DNA of 64,000 bases from an uncultured Candidatus Poseidoniales archaeon (lineage in GTDB: Archaea > Thermoplasmatota > Poseidoniia > Poseidoniales > Poseidoniaceae), in assembly GCA_902605365.1 (NCBI GenBank), contig CACLCM010000006.1, forward strand, positions 7,121-71,120. Direction: 5' to 3'. Positions 59,774 through 64,000 of the stretch are shown here, piece by piece. Both the position numbers and the translations under genes were made by a program. Under the pieces are notes generated by a model. The model was not told the DNA's origin. It searched no databases and saw only the letters and a program-made list of their open reading frames with translations. Each line of letters begins with the position of its first letter. Positions within the stretch are counted from its first letter, which is position 1.

Positions 59774-60805
59774 ATGAGCGAAGCACCGGTCGATTGGGAC
59801 TCACTAACATTCTCGATGACCGAGACTGATAACATGTACATTGCAAAGACCACAATCGATGCACCATGGGAGCCAGGAGAGATGCATCCTTACGGAAATA
59901 TCTCAATTTCACCTGCTGCTGGAGTGATAAATTACGGACAAGGACTGTTTGAAGGAATGAAAGCATACCGCACCGCTGCTGGAAGAGTTGTATTATTCCG
60001 CCCAGAAGAAAATGCTAGGCGTATGCAGAGAGGTGCAGACCGATTGAAGATGCCGCCGGTTCCTGAATCGATTTTTATCGATGCAGTAGAGCAGTGTGTT
60101 CAACAAAATTCTCGCTGGATCCCTCCAATGGGTAAAGGCGCTCTATATGTGCGACCCCTGTTGAATGGAAGTGGGCCAGTACTTGGAGTTGCACCAGCTC
60201 CTGAATACACATTCATGATTTACGTAACACCTGTAGGCCCTTACTTCAAAGGCGGAATGTCTTGCATCAATTTGCTGATTAGTGACGAACACCATCGGGC
60301 TGCACCTGGCGGTTCTGGGGGAGTTAAAGCAATAGGAAATTATGCGCCGGGAATGATGCCATCAAAGAATGCAAAGGCAGCAGGTTATGCTGAAGTCATT
60401 TACTTGGATGCTGAAGAACACAAGTATGTCGAGGAGGTCGGTGCTGCAAATTTCTTCTGCCTCAAAGATGGAGTATTGTATACGCCTGAATTAACAGGGA
60501 CTATTCTTCCTGGAATCACACGTGATTCGATCATACACCTAGCGCGACACATGGGCTATGAAGTGGTCGAAAAGAAGGTCCCTGCAGAATTTGCTATGAG
60601 TGCTGAAGAAGCATTCTGTTGTGGAACTGCAGCAGTAATATCGCCAATCGGTTCAATCACACTGGGTGACAAAACCGCCACCTACTCGGACGGTTCAACC
60701 CCAGGAGAGTTGACTTTGAAATTGTATGATGCTCTAACAAATATACAAAATGAAGTTGATGAAGACCTCTTTGGATGGGTTCACCCTGTACCTGGGCTTA
60801 GCTGA
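59774..60805 (+). CDS. ilvE: branched-chain amino acid aminotransferase (class IV)
   Basis: GQGLFEGMKAYR, GGVKAIGNYA and GITRDSI. The track start at 59744 is TTG, and ATG 59774 is preferred. Confidence 0.85.
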   Translation: MSEAPVDWDSLTFSMTETDNMYIAKTTIDAPWEPGEMHPYGNISISPAAGVINYGQGLFEGMKAYRTAAGRVVLFRPEENARRMQRGADRLKMPPVPESIFIDAVEQCVQQNSRWIPPMGKGALYVRPLLNGSGPVLGVAPAPEYTFMIYVTPVGPYFKGGMSCINLLISDEHHRAAPGGSGGVKAIGNYAPGMMPSKNAKAAGYAEVIYLDAEEHKYVEEVGAANFFCLKDGVLYTPELTGTILPGITRDSIIHLARHMGYEVVEKKVPAEFAMSAEEAFCCGTAAVISPIGSITLGDKTATYSDGSTPGELTLKLYDALTNIQNEVDEDLFGWVHPVPGLS

Positions 60806-60852
60806 ATACAGAGTTGTCACTTAGCAAGTCATTGCAAAGGACCCATCTCGGA

Positions 60853-61677
60853 TTATTTGTTGAATATTCGTTGTAACAAATTTCGATTCCCAATTCGATC
60901 TATTTCCCTTTGCAACAAAGTATTTTGTTCAGTTTTTTCTTTTAGTTGCAGCGACAAATTGTCCAAGTCGGTTTGTAATTTTTGAGCAATTTTATTCTCG
61001 CTCAGAGTCTCAATTAACTGTTCGATAGTAAATTGTTCAAAATCAATTATCGGGATTTGAGATTGTGGTACATTCTTATTTATCTTCAAATCTTCTAATT
61101 CCAGATATAGTTCAATATCATCTATCGAATGGTTACTTTTTATCCTTTTTACATCTCCTTTACTGATATTCCCAGAAGTGGATTGATTAATCAAATCTTT
61201 TTGAATTGGAGTAAGGTTTTCTGGCATAGTTTGGTTATTCCCCCTCATTTCTGCAATGAAATCCTCGTTTCCCAGAAGGTTATTTAGATCCTCTTGTAAC
61301 TTTGATTTGCAATGTTTTGTCGAAATCGACATTTGTAAATCGCCTCTCCCTGCAGCATTAGTGCAAAGTATACGCGCCCGTTTATCTAGGTTACACAATG
61401 ATGAAACTGAATATAAAAAACAAGCTAAGGTCAGTTTTTGAGGATATGTTTCGGGCGAATCATACTCGTCTAAAAATTTACCATCCTTACTAGATTTGAG
61501 ACTAATTCTGATTCGCGAAGCTTGTTTTTTAGGTAAACTACTATAACTCAAACCTTTTATTTCTCTATCTGCATTTTTCATTCTATCGACATATTCAATC
61601 GCCTTCTTAACAACAAGATTGAGGTTGTTAAAACTCATTGAAGAAAAGTCCGCTAGGTCGGAGATAGGGGCTGACAT
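60853..61677 (-). CDS. hypothetical protein in a low-GC segment
   Basis: 274 aa with no motif recognised and a C-terminal helical/coiled region. The local GC is about 30% by hand count. Confidence 0.45.
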   Translation of the reverse strand: MSAPISDLADFSSMSFNNLNLVVKKAIEYVDRMKNADREIKGLSYSSLPKKQASRIRISLKSSKDGKFLDEYDSPETYPQKLTLACFLYSVSSLCNLDKRARILCTNAAGRGDLQMSISTKHCKSKLQEDLNNLLGNEDFIAEMRGNNQTMPENLTPIQKDLINQSTSGNISKGDVKRIKSNHSIDDIELYLELEDLKINKNVPQSQIPIIDFEQFTIEQLIETLSENKIAQKLQTDLDNLSLQLKEKTEQNTLLQREIDRIGNRNLLQRIFNK

Positions 61678-61744
61678 ATCAATAAATGCACATTGTCCTT
61701 TAATAATCGTTGCAAAACCATTCGCAATGAATGATAAATTGTAA

Positions 61745-62860
<1,116 letters not shown>

Positions 62861-63011
62861 GTTAACACGTGTTTCAGTTTTAGTAAATATCTTTGCCGTT
62901 AACTTTAGGTATTTTTAGATAAAATACGTGTGAGACTTGTAATGTCATAATTTAAACGGTGTTCACAAACAGTTGCCTAAAATAATTCTCAGTACGAAAA
63001 TTAGTTTGGAT

Positions 63012-64000
63012 TTACATATGCGTATTATGAGTGATGCTCGTGGTTGTGTGCATCTTCCAAAGCTCCACACCACCATTCAATGTATCCACGTTTGTGAAAT
63101 ACATCTCTCCTTTATACTCTACAAATGATGGGCTATAAATTGAGCTTGGAGAAACAAGACCCTGAATCAACTCAGTGCCAACTGAAGTACCGTCACTCTC
63201 GAAGATTTTCCACTCAGAAGAACTAGAATCAAAGGCTACAAAGTAGAAATGGTTTCCAAACACTGTGAGGTGCTTCGGGCTACTGGAGTAGAAGCCTGGT
63301 AAAATATCAACTAAAAGTGATGTGTTAGTTGGGGTGCCATCTGTGACCCACAATTCACTCCCATTGTCATAATTATCCGCCTCGAAATATAACATGCCTT
63401 CAAACTCAAGGAAACTATCAGGCCAACTCGAATCTTGAGAAGAACCTACGTGGATGTCTACAAACATAGACGTCCCCTCCTCAGTACCATTAGTGCTCCA
63501 TAATTCCCAGCCATATGACCCATTGTTACCCATGAAGTACAGCTCGTCGTTAAACACCACTAACGGGCTCTGCGCACCAACGCCGTCATCTAAGCCATTC
63601 AAATTAGTCAATAGGTTCGTTCCAGCCGATGTACCATCTGTGCTCCATATTTCCCTTCCAATAGTGGTTAAAGATTCGAAATCATTGGAAGAAGCAGTGA
63701 AATACAACTTTCCGTCATAAACTTCAAAATTGCTCGGATAAGAACTGTTGCTGTCAAAAATAAAGATATCTTTGACAAGGTAAGTGCCAGAAACATCTCC
63801 GTTTGAGGTCCAAAGTTCATACCCATAATCGCCATCATTTGCCATGAACCACACGGCGTCATCGAAATAGGTCATTCCTGTTGGGTTACCACTGTCTGGG
63901 CCTGGGTAAATATCTTCAAGTTGGTAGGTCCCGGTTACAGTGCCATCTGTGCGCCATAATTCAACTCCGTCAACTCCATCGTTTGCACTGAAAATCAAAG
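63012..64000 (-). CDS. ELWxxDGT-repeat protein, C-terminal part (5' end beyond the window)
   Basis: Recurring ELWRTDGTVTGT, ELWTSNGDVSGT, EIWSTDGTSAGT, ELWSTNGTEEGT, ELWVTDGTPTNT and KIFESDGTSVGT about every 45-50 aa. The frame is open to the window edge. Confidence 0.75.
   Translation of the reverse strand, partial: LIFSANDGVDGVELWRTDGTVTGTYQLEDIYPGPDSGNPTGMTYFDDAVWFMANDGDYGYELWTSNGDVSGTYLVKDIFIFDSNSSYPSNFEVYDGKLYFTASSNDFESLTTIGREIWSTDGTSAGTNLLTNLNGLDDGVGAQSPLVVFNDELYFMGNNGSYGWELWSTNGTEEGTSMFVDIHVGSSQDSSWPDSFLEFEGMLYFEADNYDNGSELWVTDGTPTNTSLLVDILPGFYSSSPKHLTVFGNHFYFVAFDSSSSEWKIFESDGTSVGTELIQGLVSPSSIYSPSFVEYKGEMYFTNVDTLNGGVELWKMHTTTSITHNTHM

Overview
The window looks like a chromosomal segment of an archaeon. 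By inference it is closest to an uncultured marine euryarchaeon (Marine Group II / Poseidoniales-like). The lineage call rests on archaeal information-processing genes: the L7Ae-S28e-L24e-Ndk-aIF5B cluster, aEF-1alpha-S10, family B DNA polymerase, deoxyhypusine synthase and geranylgeranyl reductase. Bacterial-type genes (UvrB, a CcmF-like protein, a methylcrotonyl-CoA carboxylase operon) and many very large acidic, Ca-binding-type surface proteins sit among them. I found two tRNAs (Ile-GAU, Leu-CAA). I saw no rRNA, CRISPR array, transposase or integrase. Coding density is high. Several ORF-track starts are alternative start codons or shadow extensions, so I moved them to the first ATG that fits homology and spacing. 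About 40% of the window encodes secreted or surface proteins in two anchoring classes: N-terminal lipobox proteins and giant proteins with a C-terminal TM anchor. My best candidates for undescribed biology are five. (1) An 871-aa cytoplasmic coiled-coil protein with a Pro-rich tail lies directly upstream of a type I membrane adhesin that has a Trp-rich cytoplasmic tail, next to a ParA plus ribbon-helix-helix cassette. (2) A 43-codon two-Cys module is duplicated within a secreted protein and shows almost only synonymous divergence. (3) A GINS-like protein is split by a long acidic insert. (4) A divergent intergenic region is packed with CAATTG palindromes and a direct repeat. (5) A GATTCAAG/CTCATCC element recurs upstream of unrelated genes. 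All functional calls come from motif recognition by eye. No database search was run.
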